Source: Gnetum montanum (Eukaryota > Plantae > Gnetophyta). Taken from it: a stretch of 64,000 bases of DNA. Where the stretch lies: NCBI GenBank assembly GCA_015680685.1, contig MNCI01003234.1, positions 565,023 to 629,022 of the forward strand, written 5' to 3'. The notes under the pieces were generated by a model. The model had not been told where the DNA came from, searched no databases, and was given only the letters and a program-made list of their open reading frames with translations. Both the position numbers and the translations under genes were made by a program. Positions 40,763 to 53,685 of this stretch are shown piece after piece (position 1 is the stretch's first letter; the number at the start of each line of letters is the position of its first letter).

Positions 40763-42513
40763 TTTATCCATGTTGTTAAGTTTGTCACCCAATAAGTGCT
40801 CCTAATGATGGTATGAACTGTATTCTCTTGGTTGTTAATGTTGATTTTTACCTTTAAGTTATGATGTTGATACTAAGATATGGTTCTTATGATATAGTAG
40901 GCAATTACTTCACTTCATCCATACATCCACAAATTTGTATAGTCTTTCTTGGCTTGGAAATGTACAGTCCCTTTCTAAATAAGAACTATAAACGAATCAG
41001 TGACTGGGCATTTTTCAAACTAAGGAAGGACTCAAGAATTGAAAAAGGTGTGACTTCAAGGGAACTTCATGCATTTGTGTTGGCCATTCTCTTGGGTGCT
41101 TGGATGTGTTCTTCTTGAGTTTTCTTGCCACTTCGACGTTACCCAATTATTGGGAAGTTGAGTAAATAAAAATAATAAGTCTTTGCATGGTGTGGTTCTC
41201 ACCCATAAACACATAAAACACAAAAAAAAAAACAGTGAAAATTCAAAGCACACCCCTTAGAAAAAATAATCATTTGGGCTATAAGCAATGGTTATGGAAC
41301 TAAAATAAACATGTTCCCTCTAACTAAGGCCCTTCTCGCTTCCCATTCTCTCCTCCTTCGTTTTGTCGGAATGGTGGTGGCTCTTGGGTGAAGGCATTCT
41401 TGTTACTTCAAGTGGATGGATTGGCCGAATGCATTAATATGAAGTCACTAGATGTAATTTGTTGAGGCTAGACTTGGAATGGGATCTACTAAGTCACATT
41501 AATCATTAACTACATAAGGGACTATACATCACCTTGTTCTTGAGATTCCATTCCATTCTCTTCTTTCCATCATTCTTCCTCCATTGTTCACCTCATTGCC
41601 GGTTGTATCATTAGTGTATATTTTGGTTGATGCATTGTTTTCTTTTTGGTAAATTCTTGTGGTTAAGACTTTAACTCTTATTTCAAATTACATTCCTAGA
41701 GCCTACAGACTCTTCGAATGTGGGTTTGTCAGGGCATTAAGGACATGAGCCTGCTTTGGGGAGAACCCACTAACATTCCTATTTGATGCACCAGTTAAAT
41801 TCTTTCACTTAATATTTTTGCAATCAACCTTATTTTGTTCATTTCCATCTTGACATCCATTTCATCGACGTTATAGTTGTCTTTTTTTCTCCATCTTTCT
41901 TATTCCTTTTCTTTCTCCATTCTATCGCTATCAAAGGTTCACGATTAGTCATGGGGGTCCTGGTCCCAATTTTTTCGATTTTCTCTTAACCCCTACACCT
42001 TCAGTAGTCACCAATATTATATCCCCAGATTCGTATCAGCCATACCACAACTCAGCCAATGGACCTTTCACCGAAGCAAGGTATCCACTGCATTGTGATT
42101 CATTTACCCTTGCTAATATAAAGATTGTGTTGTGTGTATAGATGACAATCATACAACAACGAATTGGATCTGGAGGGAACACTTGGAATGGATCGGTGTT
42201 AAAGTAGCTATGCAAGGAACGAGATTGATGGCGTGCTTATGGATAGACAACGAAAGGCGCAATCTTGGCATTAGCAACAGTAGACTTCTTCTCTCTTCTT
42301 TCTTCTCTCTTAGCTACCAAATAAGGCCTAATGTCAAAATGTATAAAGTGTTAACTCTTGTTGTCGTGAACACCAGTTTTGTCATGTTCTATAATGATGA
42401 TCCATTCACATGTCATCCCATTCACCATTAGTTCCATTCAAGTCAATAATCCCATACCTTCCTAATATTTTGTAAGGAACTCGAGGATAATTTTTTATTC
42501 AGTCATGGGGGTA

Positions 42514-43155
42514 TGATGGGATGTGATATTGCATGGGCCACGATATCGCATCCCCTGCTATATTGCGTATGCAATATTGCATCTTCCCCTGCAATATCAC
42601 GTACACGATATCATAGCACGTTGCCAAATCTATAAATAAGAGGTGGCTCTCCCTTGTTTCTCAATCTAGATCTAGACCATAGCCAAACTCTTGCAATTTT
42701 TCCATTCCAAAGTTAGAGTAATTTCCATGTGCCCGCAGTAGGAGTCCCAAAGTGAACAGATCTTTATTCGAGCAAATATTGTACCTGAGCATAAGTTTGT
42801 GTATGGAAATAAAGACAAACTTTTGGATAAACCTTGTAGTGCATGGACTAAGCTAAATAGGACTTTAATTATTATTAATTATTTGAATGCTTTATTAGTT
42901 AATTAATCTCTCTCAACCCTCAACACTCCNCATTAGCATAGGTGATAAAAACATAAAAGACATAAAAATCACATACCTTAGACTTACTTAACCATACAAC
43001 CGTGACAAATACAAGTAAGTCTGGGAAGACAATGAATGATTAACCTTAAGTGTTCCATAAGGCGTGTAGGCACTTAGTCTACGGAGTTCGACCGGATCAC
43101 GTGTGTAACACTCGTATTCATATGGTTGAGTGTAGGGGTACCTCGCCACTCATCA
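42514..43155 (+). repeat. 3' LTR of the gag-pol Gypsy element
   Basis: TGATG..CATCA; the last 70 bp or so match the nested element LTR end in reverse complement. Confidence 0.9.
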
Positions 43156-46100
43156 TTCGTCAACCTACCATAGCTCATTTTTCTAAAAATAGAAAAGCAC
43201 TTCAAGGAAAATGAGCGGGATATGAAGACACTTCCTTTCCCATGCCTCATAAAAATACTCTATGAAATGGAAAGAATAACCTGCTACTTGAATGATGTCC
43301 TTTATAGAGCCACAACTACATCATGGAAAGAGGTGATAAAGGACAAATCACCACTTAGGCTTCATGAAGAAGTGCCACTTCTACCACCAAGTACAAAAGA
43401 AGTAGCAAAAGCCTTAGGTACTAGAGTAAGAGCAAGTGTACCAAGAACATACCATTAAGCATCTATTGAAAGCCTTAGAGATAATCACCCTATCATGAGT
43501 CACCTATAATAAGTTGCTCAAAATATGAGTTGGTAATAAGAAAATTTTTTCCAACCTATTCATAACATAAAGAAGCCACACCACTATCCAAGTGAACCCT
43601 TCTATAAGAGGAGTTGCAGTTGCCATACCTACTGAATAATATCTTGAAATATTAAATAATATTATAGCTTTCTTAGTCATGCTAGAGGAGGGAGATGGAG
43701 CCATGATGCTAGTGATGTCACATATGGGATAGGAGATGGCTATAGAAGGGGTGGATGATTTTGTTGAAGGAGCACTGAAGGTTCTTGTAGCACAATTACC
43801 AAAATTTACAATAATGGTATATATTCAAATATCTATAGGAGCCAGTTCAAGGGGTGCAAGATCCAATATGAGTGTAGCCCAACATGCAGAAGTGTTGAAT
43901 AAACTAGTGAAAAATAAGAGGAATGTTGATTATAGCTGAAACAAAACTTTAACCAATGGATTTGATCAATCAACAACTATGATATAAAGTCACAAAACTC
44001 TAAATGCAACTATTTGATCCATCAATTCATCAAACCTCATAAGGATGAAACCTACAACTATTTGAAGGCTAAGCAATAAGAGATGGATAATGAAAAAGAG
44101 AAAGCCACCTAGGATGCATATCTATCAAAAGCCATGGTCAATGGATTAAACAAGGACATTTCCAAAATGTGCAAATAGAATAGAGAATTGGCCAAGAAGA
44201 ATCAAAGGTTGTTGAAAGTTGAAAAAGAGAAGAGCCAAATGAAAGAATATTTGAAGTACCTCTAAGAGCAATTAGCCATAGTTAATGTAGACATACATAT
44301 GTTAGCAGCTGAAAATCATAATCTCTTCATGGAAGAATTTAGGACAATCACACAAAAGAGAATCATTGAGATTATAGTTGGGAAGAATAAGGCTACTAAA
44401 TACAAAAAGATTAAAAACCATTATAGGCGACAAATGGATTTACAAAAAGAGATCAACAAGAAGGAGATATGATTGGCAAAGATCAAACTTAATGTTGCCC
44501 TTCAATAGATTTTAGGTGATGCATGGAAATTGATCTTTGATAGTCTCAATGCCTACAATTAGGCCAAGATCAAGATGAAGGATTGTAGATAGAGGAAATG
44601 ACCCAACACATGGACTTGGGTAACCTGCACTATGCATAACCTAGCAATGCTAATTGCTAGAAAGCTCATAATAGAGTTGGAAAAATAAGTGGTTGCCTTA
44701 TATTTATTGTATTGGGAATGAACACAAACTTCACTATGAAGCACTCTAGAAGTTACAAATTTCAACCATCGAGCTTGAAGTCCTTTGCACCAAATTTGCA
44801 AAATTCAAAGATATGGCAAAGGACTTGGCCAAAAGAATGATGAACTAACAAGAGTTTAAAGCGACAGTGTATCAATATGTAGTATGGATTAAAGCTCTTC
44901 TTTCACATTCATCATTACTTAGATTCATTACTTCTTGTTATTTGTTCTTTATTTCATGTTATAATTACAAGGTTTGGCTCACATATGTAAAAAATTCCTA
45001 AATGGGAAAATTTCAAATGTTAGACATAATAGTATCATAACATGCTTAAAATGAAAAAAACTTAAGTCAACATTACCTATAAATTAAGGTCTCCCCTAAC
45101 ACCTCAAAAAGAGAAGCATTCATGTCTCATTTTTCCATTGTCAATCTCAAGAGAAAACGTTTGAAAAAGAAGAAAGCAAGTTTTCCATTTTCCATTTTTT
45201 GCTTCACATTTTTTCATAATTTCTCTAAAATCTCTCACAATATTTCACAATTCATTCACAATCTCTCAAAATTTCAATTTTATTTCATCAATTTCCCAAT
45301 TCTTCTCAAGCTCATTTCAAGGATCTACATCAAAGATATCAAAGATCATCATCTTTACCAAAGTTGATTAATCTAAAATCAACGTTATCAAAGATATGTT
45401 TAAAGATTTTAGATTTGATGATAAAAATGTTTAAAGCTTTAGTCTTTATTCTTTCTTTTACATTCAAAGTTACATTTTCATGCACCTTTAGTTATTGCAA
45501 GTTGCTAAAGCATCTTGTAGACTATATCTTACTTTTTTCTCATTTCTTTTCATAGATTTAATAGCAAATTTATATTTTCCATGTCAAGAGCATCCTAAAG
45601 CTTTCGAATTTGAAGCAAAATGACCTTAAATTTATCTAGATTAGTCTCTAAAAGTCATATTTTTTGCTAATTGATTTCGATCAATTTCGACAACAAAGAT
45701 TAATATGCTTGAAATTCTCCCAAGAGCAATCAATTTTCTCATATTTATATCAATTTTGCCTCTAATTTTCACCACAACTACCCAACAATATAAATCAAAT
45801 TTGGATTTCTACTCTAGATATTGATCCTTATTGATTCTAGTGACGCTAATTGATATGCTCAAAATTCTCCTAAGAGCAATCTATTTTCGTAGTATCCCAA
45901 CAATCTTTAGAGATAAGAGTTTAAAGAATCTTAATTCATGATAATTTCAATGATTTGCAGCAGTATCATCTTCAAATAAATACAAAACTTCTATGCACAC
46001 TTTGACATAATGAAGGCATTTGATATCAATTGCAAACATTTTGTAGCTTGGTTAATCAATGCCCATGCAATGTTTCCAACTCTATATTTTTCTTGGAAAC

Positions 46101-48293
46101 CACCATGTCTAGTTTAGGCAAACTTGCTTGGACCATCCAGGATGCCAAGATAAAGGAGGAGAAAATGGGAGTCCTCATCGAGGCATTTAAACTGAAGAGC
46201 ATAACAATAATAGCAATGGGACAACTATAGGAGCCACCAACCCCTAAGAAACCACCACCATCAGACAGTACTTAAGACATGTCTTGGACAATTTTGTAAA
46301 ATTTGCACCAGTTTTATGTAAGGATAGTTTGTTTAATTTTGTTGTCTCGTCAATTTGTTAGTTTTATAATGCAGCACTCAAGCTAGTTAGTGGGATGAGT
46401 ATACTCCCATATTTTTTAAACGAGCTTAGTCTCCATGTTATGAACTTGAGGATGAGTTTTTAGTTAGTTGTTAGGATATGATAAAAGTGAATAAGTTGAT
46501 GTAATGGTTTGTTTTGCCTATATAAATATACCACCTACTACATGTACGGTACCTTTTAGTTAGATACTATAGTGAAGCTCTTGTAGTTTTCTTTTGTAGA
46601 GTTAAAACAATTAGCAAGTGCTCACAAGGTAAATGTGAATTAATTGACAAAATCTTATTTGAGTGATCATGTACTTGAACACATTTTTATTACCAGCAAT
46701 AATATTAAGATTGATTTACTTTCATTGTAACACTCTCACATAGTCTAATGTTTTCTTAAGTGCAATTTAATTCCTTATTCATTTACTTTCTACACACTTA
46801 TTTAATAATTTACAATGAAATGCATATTAATTATGTGGAATAAGTATGACCAACTTTGAGCATAAATATGTTAAGGTTTAGTAATCTTAGCAATCTTACC
46901 ACTTGGTACACCTAACAGTGGAACACTTGGTAATCCAATAACATTAGTGTAAGTTCAGAATGTGTACAACAATTTAAGAATAACTACTCATCATGTAGGC
47001 TAGTTGGATCTCATTCCTTACATTTATATTAGATAGATTAAATTTTAATAGGTTAATATTTAGTAATATTTTAATATTGTTGTATCAACATCAAGATCAC
47101 ATGCCTCAATTTTATTTAACTATATGCACTAAGGGCCATATGAGTATAATTAAGAGGATAGGGACCTACGATCAAGATTAACAATCTAGATAACATACTA
47201 GTTCAATCTACGAATTATGATAGGTTACCTACGTATGCTTGTGATTTGTATAGTTAGGCATTGGGAACTCTTCTTCCTTATCACAAATATTTTCAATCTC
47301 AATATTTTTGCACCTAGTTGCTACATATCTTCTAGCAAGTCAATGATTTTCATCTTTAAATTTCTTTGAAACAAGTAATTTCAATTTTAATATTTCCATG
47401 GTTAACTAGTGTAGATCTGTTTCAATCTCAATATTTTTTCACTTAGGCCTTATGAATCTTTATTTTATTTTTCTCTTAGTTTCTTCTTTTAAAAAATAAT
47501 GACAGAAACACTTTAAAAATGTCAATAAAAAACTACATTTTCATTTTTAAAGCAATTTGAATGATTTGAATAGGGCACTTCAAGGAGTTAGAAATAGGCA
47601 ATGCTAATGGAGATCTGATCCTGAAGGATTATTTACTTTTAAAATTTTCACATGGATGCTACCTAAAGGATCCTACTCAAACCAAGATCCTACTCAAACC
47701 AGGATCCTAATGCTACTTGAACAACCATTGTTTATTGGTCACTGCAATAAAAAATAAATAAATGAAGTAAAGGGTTTCCAACTTAAAAAATTTGAAAATA
47801 TGGAATATAAAATTTTTTATAGGCATCATATATCTTTAGACAACAAAATGTAAAAATATTATATGACTTCAAAGTTTGAAAACCTCGTTGAAAACATTCT
47901 GGTTGAAGAAAAATGCAAAATAAAAACCTTCTCTCTCAACATGCTTTAAAATGTATGGTGAAAAATGAAAAAAAATTGATTTTTATATCAAAAAATTTAA
48001 TTTTTATAATTTTGGCCAAAAGGTCAACTCGTCTTGTACAATAGGGGGGAGGGGGGAGTGCATTTGTCACCCTCCATGTCATGTGCCACGTAAGATCCTA
48101 TGAAATGGGAAAAAACATGAACCGAAGAGCCACACCTTTTTGTATTCTTGTTGCACAAAATGTGAACAAAAAAGCCATAGCTTTTCATATTCCCGTTGCA
48201 CACATAAAAAGGCCAAACACAACTAAATGTAGAATGGAAATGATAATTCCATTTCCATTTTGTCTCCATCTCCATCTACAACTGTTGCTACAG

Positions 48294-48515
48294 GTCACTT
48301 GGCCCAACTGAATCAGCTTCGATGACACCAATTTTGGAGCTCTACCAAAGTGCTGGAAAGGCACCTACGATGGTGGCCTATGCTTTAGCTACAATAACAA
48401 GCTCATTGGCATGTGCTTCTTCAACCAAGGCAATAATAAGGTAGTAGGCCAATTAGCCCTTGGTGCATCCTTGCTTAACACCGAGGGCCACAACATGCAC
48501 ACATCATCAACAATC
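48294..48515 (+). pseudogene. Subtilisin-like serine protease (S8/SBT) pseudo-exon, catalytic His region
   Basis: After a ctacag acceptor: WPN*ISFDDTNFGALPKCWKGTYDGGLCFSYNNKLIGMCFFNQG...NTEGHNMHTSST, matching plant subtilase WPES.SF.D...WKG.C...CNNKLIGARFF...DTEGHGTHTAST. Confidence 0.85.
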
Positions 48516-49507
48516 ATAATACAATTTTTCTTATAATAGCTAAAAGATCCCTTCATTTAGGTTTTTTTTTTTTGGATAAAATTTATATATGAATTAGGCC
48601 AATATGTTTCTTGAGTAGTTTTGTTTGAATGTATGTTTTAAGCATAAAATTTTGCAAGTAGGGGCAGGATGAGGGGTAGAGCCAAAGGCATTCGAGGAAA
48701 GACGATAATGGCTACAATTGAAGCTGCAGCTTGAGGGGAAGGGTCTTCTGAAGTTTCGATGTCAACAATAGCCTTTGGTTATTGGAATCTCTTTCTAGAA
48801 ACAAACTTTCTACTAGTCTTTTTATGTGTATTTTTGTTAATTTTTTTTATAGTGAATTGTAACATGTTGAACATTACATTTTTGATGATTTTATGCAATT
48901 TTCATAGTTTCACTTCAAGCTGAGCTCTTCTGTCATCAGTACTTAGCATGCCTTCCTATACATGTGCATTCCCAATGCAAAAACATTTCAAAGTTTGGTT
49001 CTGTTCTTTTTTCAATGCTTTTTAAAGTGGCAGGGAATTCTAAAATTGTAATTTTCTGCTACTATCTTGAGTAATCTTCTTTTGCTACACCCTTTTTCAA
49101 TGTAAAGGAACATTTGTAAGTTCATTTTCTCTTTATCTCATTGTATATTTTGTGTAGGTTTTATCATTTCTATGGCTGTGCTTTGAAATTTAGCAGTTAC
49201 CATGGAGTAGATGCATTCAGTTGTTATGATTGTGACTACTTTTTCATTTGCAATATGCATTTTAATAAAATGCAAAAGTGTTAGCATTTTTGCTAGCACA
49301 TGAAAATTATTAGCCAATTTGAGATGTCAGCCTGACTTTGGTCATAATTTTAACAATTTTTCTTGCTTATTGGGAGGACTTAAAAAGTTCAAATTTGATA
49401 ATTTCTTATTACCTTTTCGCATGCAATGAGACCTTTTCTTTATGTACATACTCTCTGATTAATGGAATCTAATGGATGATATGTTTGTTAACTTGGTAAA
49501 TTTTAAA

Positions 49508-49635
49508 AATGAGAACTTCTGCACCTCTGGTATCCTAGACCCTAAGAAGATCTTCGACAAGATCATGCTATGATGATTGTAGCTAATGCCGAGGAAAACG
49601 GCAACGAGCTCTCTGTTGACACACATGTTTTGCCA
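49508..49635 (+). pseudogene. Subtilase PA-domain fragment with internal deletion
   Basis: FCTSGILDPKKIFDKIML joined to MIVANAEENGNELSVDTHVLP. Confidence 0.85.
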
Positions 49636-50249
49636 TAATCATAAATAACCAGTTATTTATAAATCTTCCCTAGCCAAAGAGTCACTGCAAGGGAGCCAAT
49701 GATAATATGTATTTCGATTATTCATAATCTTGGTTATATATAATGATATATTTATAATCATAAACATAAATGATTATATATAATGATTATAAACATTTCA
49801 TCATAAATAAAGTCAGTTATTTATAATCATTTCATTATATATATCTTATGGATAATGCTAACTAAGATATAATCATTATGGGTTAGCATTATGAATGAAT
49901 AAATAATATCTCTAAAATTATGGATTATGAGTAATATTTCATCATATCTTGGCTTTATTTATTATGAAATGTTTACCGTATAATCCATAATATCTCATAT
50001 TATAATTATGGATTATTGCTTTAATTATAATAATCTCATAACATTTATTGAATTTTACAATAATTATAATATAATAATTATGAATGAGGTGTTAGCATCA
50101 TTCATATTTTTTCCATTGTAACAATAATGTCAATATACAAAAGCCCGTGATATAATAATAACATTATTTATGCATTTGTAATGTGATTTTTTATATCTCC
50201 ACAAATGAATATGCATTACAAATATATGTTACAGTGCCAATTTAGTTTG

Positions 50250-50500
50250 ATCCCTTTGTATTCCCTCACCTGCATGTGCGACATGCATGGGAGCTAAAAA
50301 ATCAATGCAGGGTAGTTGAATCTCTACTCGATTAATGCCCCCTAAGCCCTGAGCTTCCCATTCGTCTCTTTGTATTCTCTCACATGCACGCACCACATGC
50401 AAGGGAACCAAAGAGTCACTACAAGGGAGTTGAATCTCTATTCAATTGACGCCCCTCGACCCTGGGGATCCCCATTTATCTCTTTGTATTCCCTCACGTG
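50250..50500. repeat. Tandem repeat of about 116 bp (2.2 copies) inside AT-rich low-complexity DNA
   Basis: ctttgtattc(c/t)ctcac three times; agttgaatctcta twice. Confidence 0.8.
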
Positions 50501-50910
50501 TAGGGCCCAACGTGGGTAATAATGAACATTTATTATTATAAATGGTGGGTAATATTGAATATTTATTATTATTATAAATGGTGATGGTTATGATTACAAT
50601 AATAATGAAGATTTATTATTATTATAAACGATGACTATTATGGTTATAGTGATGGTTACGATTATGGCAACGGTTAAGGTGATAACGATTACAGTGTGAT
50701 GCAGTATTTTAAGATATTGAATTTAGGCATCGTGTTACAAGATTAAGAGGTGCAATATTGGAATTCATACATTTTTAGAAACATGGATTCTACTGCTATC
50801 AATCCCAATAGAGAAGGTAAAGAACACTTTCTTCAAAATCAACAACAACAACCATTTACTACAACAAGTAATGCAACAATTATCTACTGCAACAAATAAT
50901 GTAATCTTTG

Positions 50911-51396
50911 CTTATATGTAAAGGTGCAAGGGTAATGTTTATAGTTAACCTTTGGTTTGAAGCAGGATTGGTGAATGGTGCACTTGGCATGATTCATAGT
51001 ATTATGTATCCTTAAGGTAAATAGCCACCTGCATTACCATTATACGTTATTATTGATTTTGACTCCTACATCGAATGTGCCTTTGATAATGGTAATCCTC
51101 ATCATGTGCCAATTATGCTTGTGGTCCAAAAAGCATCTCATTAGTCACCATTATGGTTGGCATGGGCCATGACTATTCATAAATCTCAAGGAATGACACT
51201 AGATAAGGCTACTATTCACATTGGTTCAAGAGAAGTTATGGGTCTAACCTTTGTTGCATTATCTGGAATCAAGACCATTGATTCTTTAAAGATTCATCCT
51301 CCTTTTTATGTGCAAAGATACAAAAAGATTTCAGATGCTAAACATCTCCAAAGTAGAATTGCACAAGAAGTTTGTTTTGCTCAATTGGAGAATTAG
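50911..51396 (+). pseudogene. PIF1-family helicase C-terminal fragment
   Basis: KGARVMFIVNLWFEAGLVNGALG, PPALPLYVIIDFDSY, LAWAMTIHKSQGMTLDKATIHIG, GLTFVALS. Confidence 0.92.
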
Positions 51397-52073
51397 GCAT
51401 ATTGAGTTCACACTTATTATACTATTTTGCCTTTTGCTCAATCCTATTATACAGCTCTGTAATGTTTGTTGCAATAATTGTGCAATGTATTCCTTCATCA
51501 ACATCTATGAAATATATAAACTTTTATTTTAACCAATTTATGTTTACCAATATATATCATTTGAAATGCAATTAGTGATAATAACTTAAAAAATAAAAGA
51601 ATAATTAAATTCTACTCATAGCCCGCGAAACCGCTCCACAAGAGAACTTACGGGTCTAACGTTTATTATATTATTTAAAGTCAAGACCATTGATTCTTTA
51701 AAGATTCATCCTCCTTTCCATGTGCAAAGATATAGAAAAATTTCAGATGCTAAACATCTCCAAATAGAATTGCACAAGAAGTTCGTTTTGCTCAATTGGA
51801 GGATTAGGTATATTAAGTTCACACTTATCATTGTATTTTGCCTTTTACTCAATCCCATTGTGCAGCCATATAATGTTTGTGCAAATGTATTCTTTCATCA
51901 ACATATACGAAATATATAAACTTTTATTTTAACCAATTTATGTTTATCAGTATATATTATTTGGAATGCAAATAGTGATGATAAATTAAAAATAAAAAAA
52001 ATTAAATTCTACTCATAGCCCGCAAAACTGCTACACAAAAGAACTTACGGGTCTAATGTTTGTTGCATTATCT
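51226..52073 (+). repeat. Tandem repeat of about 400-410 bp made of the helicase 3' end and 3' flank (2 copies plus start of a third, into a gap)
   Basis: gaa(g/c)tta(t/c)gggtctaa at 51232, 51644 and 52041. Confidence 0.93.
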
Positions 52074-53685
52074 NNNNNNNNNNNNNNNNNNNNNNNNNNN
52101 NNNNNNNNNNNNNNNNNNNNNNNNNNNNNNNNNNNNNNNNNNNNNNNNNNNNNNNNNNNNNNNNNNNNNNNNNNNNNNNNNNNNNNNNNNNNNNNNNNNN
52201 NNNNNNNNNNNNNNNNNNNNNNNNNNNNNNNNNNNNNNNNNNNNNNNNNNNNNNNNNNNNNNNNNNNNNNNNNNNNNNNNNNNNNNNNNNNNNNNNNNNN
52301 NNNNNNNNNNNNNNNNNNNNNNNNNNNNNNNNNNNNNNNNNNNNNNNNNNNNNNNNNNNNNNNNNNNNNNNNNNNNNNNNNNNNNNNNNNNNNNNNNNNN
52401 NNNNNNNNNNNNNNNNNNNNNNNNNNNNNNNNNNNNNNNNNNNNNNNNNNNNNNNNNNNNNNNNNNNNNNNNNNNNNNNNNNNNNNNNNNNNNNNNNNNN
52501 NNNNNNNNNNNNNNNNNNNNNNNNNNNNNNNNNNNNNNNNNNNNNNNNNNNNNNNNNNNNNNNNNNNNNNNNNNNNNNNNNNNNNNNNNNNNNNNNNNNN
52601 NNNNNNNNNNNNNCTAAGCTATAGATATATATATATCTAAGCTAGTTTAAGAAAAATGGAAATAAAAGCCTTTTCTCCCGAAAATGTCAACTTCTCAAAA
52701 TCCTTTCCCTACAAAATATCTTAAATTTCTTGTAAAAAATGTCCATAAAAAAAATCCTAAATTTGTAGTAAAAAAATGTCCAACTCCGTCTTACCATGGA
52801 AGATAAAAACCTCTTTGTCAAAAGGGTACAAGAATGTCATAGATTTGTTCGAAGAATGGTCGACTTTTCGGAAAAGATAAAAACCCCTTTCTTTGACACG
52901 GTAGGAGGTAATTGAAGCCACTGCGTAAATTTTCTTATGGGAGGTTAGGCGTTGGCCAAAGACACTCTGCATAAATTTTTTTTGAAAAAGAAAAAACGTA
53001 AAATACGCCTCTTAAGAATATATAGACCTCTTATTGCCAAAGAAGATATAATCCCGTTAAGCTAACGGGCGGTAATAAAAATTTGTTGAATACAATTCGA
53101 CGCACTGACGTTTCTTTTATTTTCGTTTCAGTTTTTTAAATATCTTTTTTCAGTAAGAACTGCCGCATAGCATGGCAGCAGCTCGCATCGGATAGGATTC
53201 TCCTCCGGTCGCGGCACAACGACGCGATTATCAGTGACGCGGTGGAACTTTACAAAAATAATATCACTGGTTCCTGAAGAACGGCCCGGTTTATACCCTT
53301 CCAATTGGTTACCGATAGCCTTTAAATCCATCTAATATCGCTTAAGAAACCGGGTTTGCCTTTACTTGCAGTACCCTTTAACATGAGATTATGCAAAATG
53401 AATTTAACAGATGCGACACACCAGAAAATTTGAGTGCCAAATCTCTAGCGTTGAGCGGACAAAGCAGGCCGCTACCGAAGCGTAAAAAGTGCAACGGCGC
53501 CAAAAACATACGTGGATGTGCGAACGCGGCCGAAGAGAGCCTGGCCCGAGTATCTGCAAATGTAAGAGGCATGCGGTTCTGCGTTCAGGTTTAAAGGACT
53601 TCAGCGATTGTGACGCGAGTTTCTCCGGTATACTTTCACGCAGGAAAAAATTCGTAACGTCGCTAGGAAGTAAGGAGACTTTAAC

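Larger units (their letters stand above)
34526..43155 (+). mobile_element. Athila-like Ty3/Gypsy element with gag-pol, degenerate; 5' LTR absent at a 1-N assembly gap
   Basis: gag, PR, RT, RH, INT order; PPT ttcagtcatgggggta; 3' LTR 42514-43155 ending ACTCATCA. Confidence 0.93.
34380..47283 (+). mobile_element. Older Athila-like relative (extra-ORF remnant plus 3' LTR 46479-47283), split by the 34.5-43.2 kb element
   Basis: IVSYAIDVIAKGLGIPNVG before the gap (about 34451-34507). VNLP*LIFLKI...LPFPCLIKILY...YLNDVL straight after 43155, then coiled coil at 43.9-44.9 kb. LTR TGATAA..TTATCA (805 bp) is collinear with the nested LTR and preceded by the same aact(c/t)gagga motif. Confidence 0.7.
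49639..52645 (+). mobile_element. Non-autonomous Helitron-like element with PIF1 helicase C-terminal remnant
   Basis: PIF1 motifs, partial GC hairpin gcccgcgaaaccgc in the 3' repeats, CTAG|T at 52642-52646. The 5' end (A|TC at 49639) is tentative. Confidence 0.55.
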
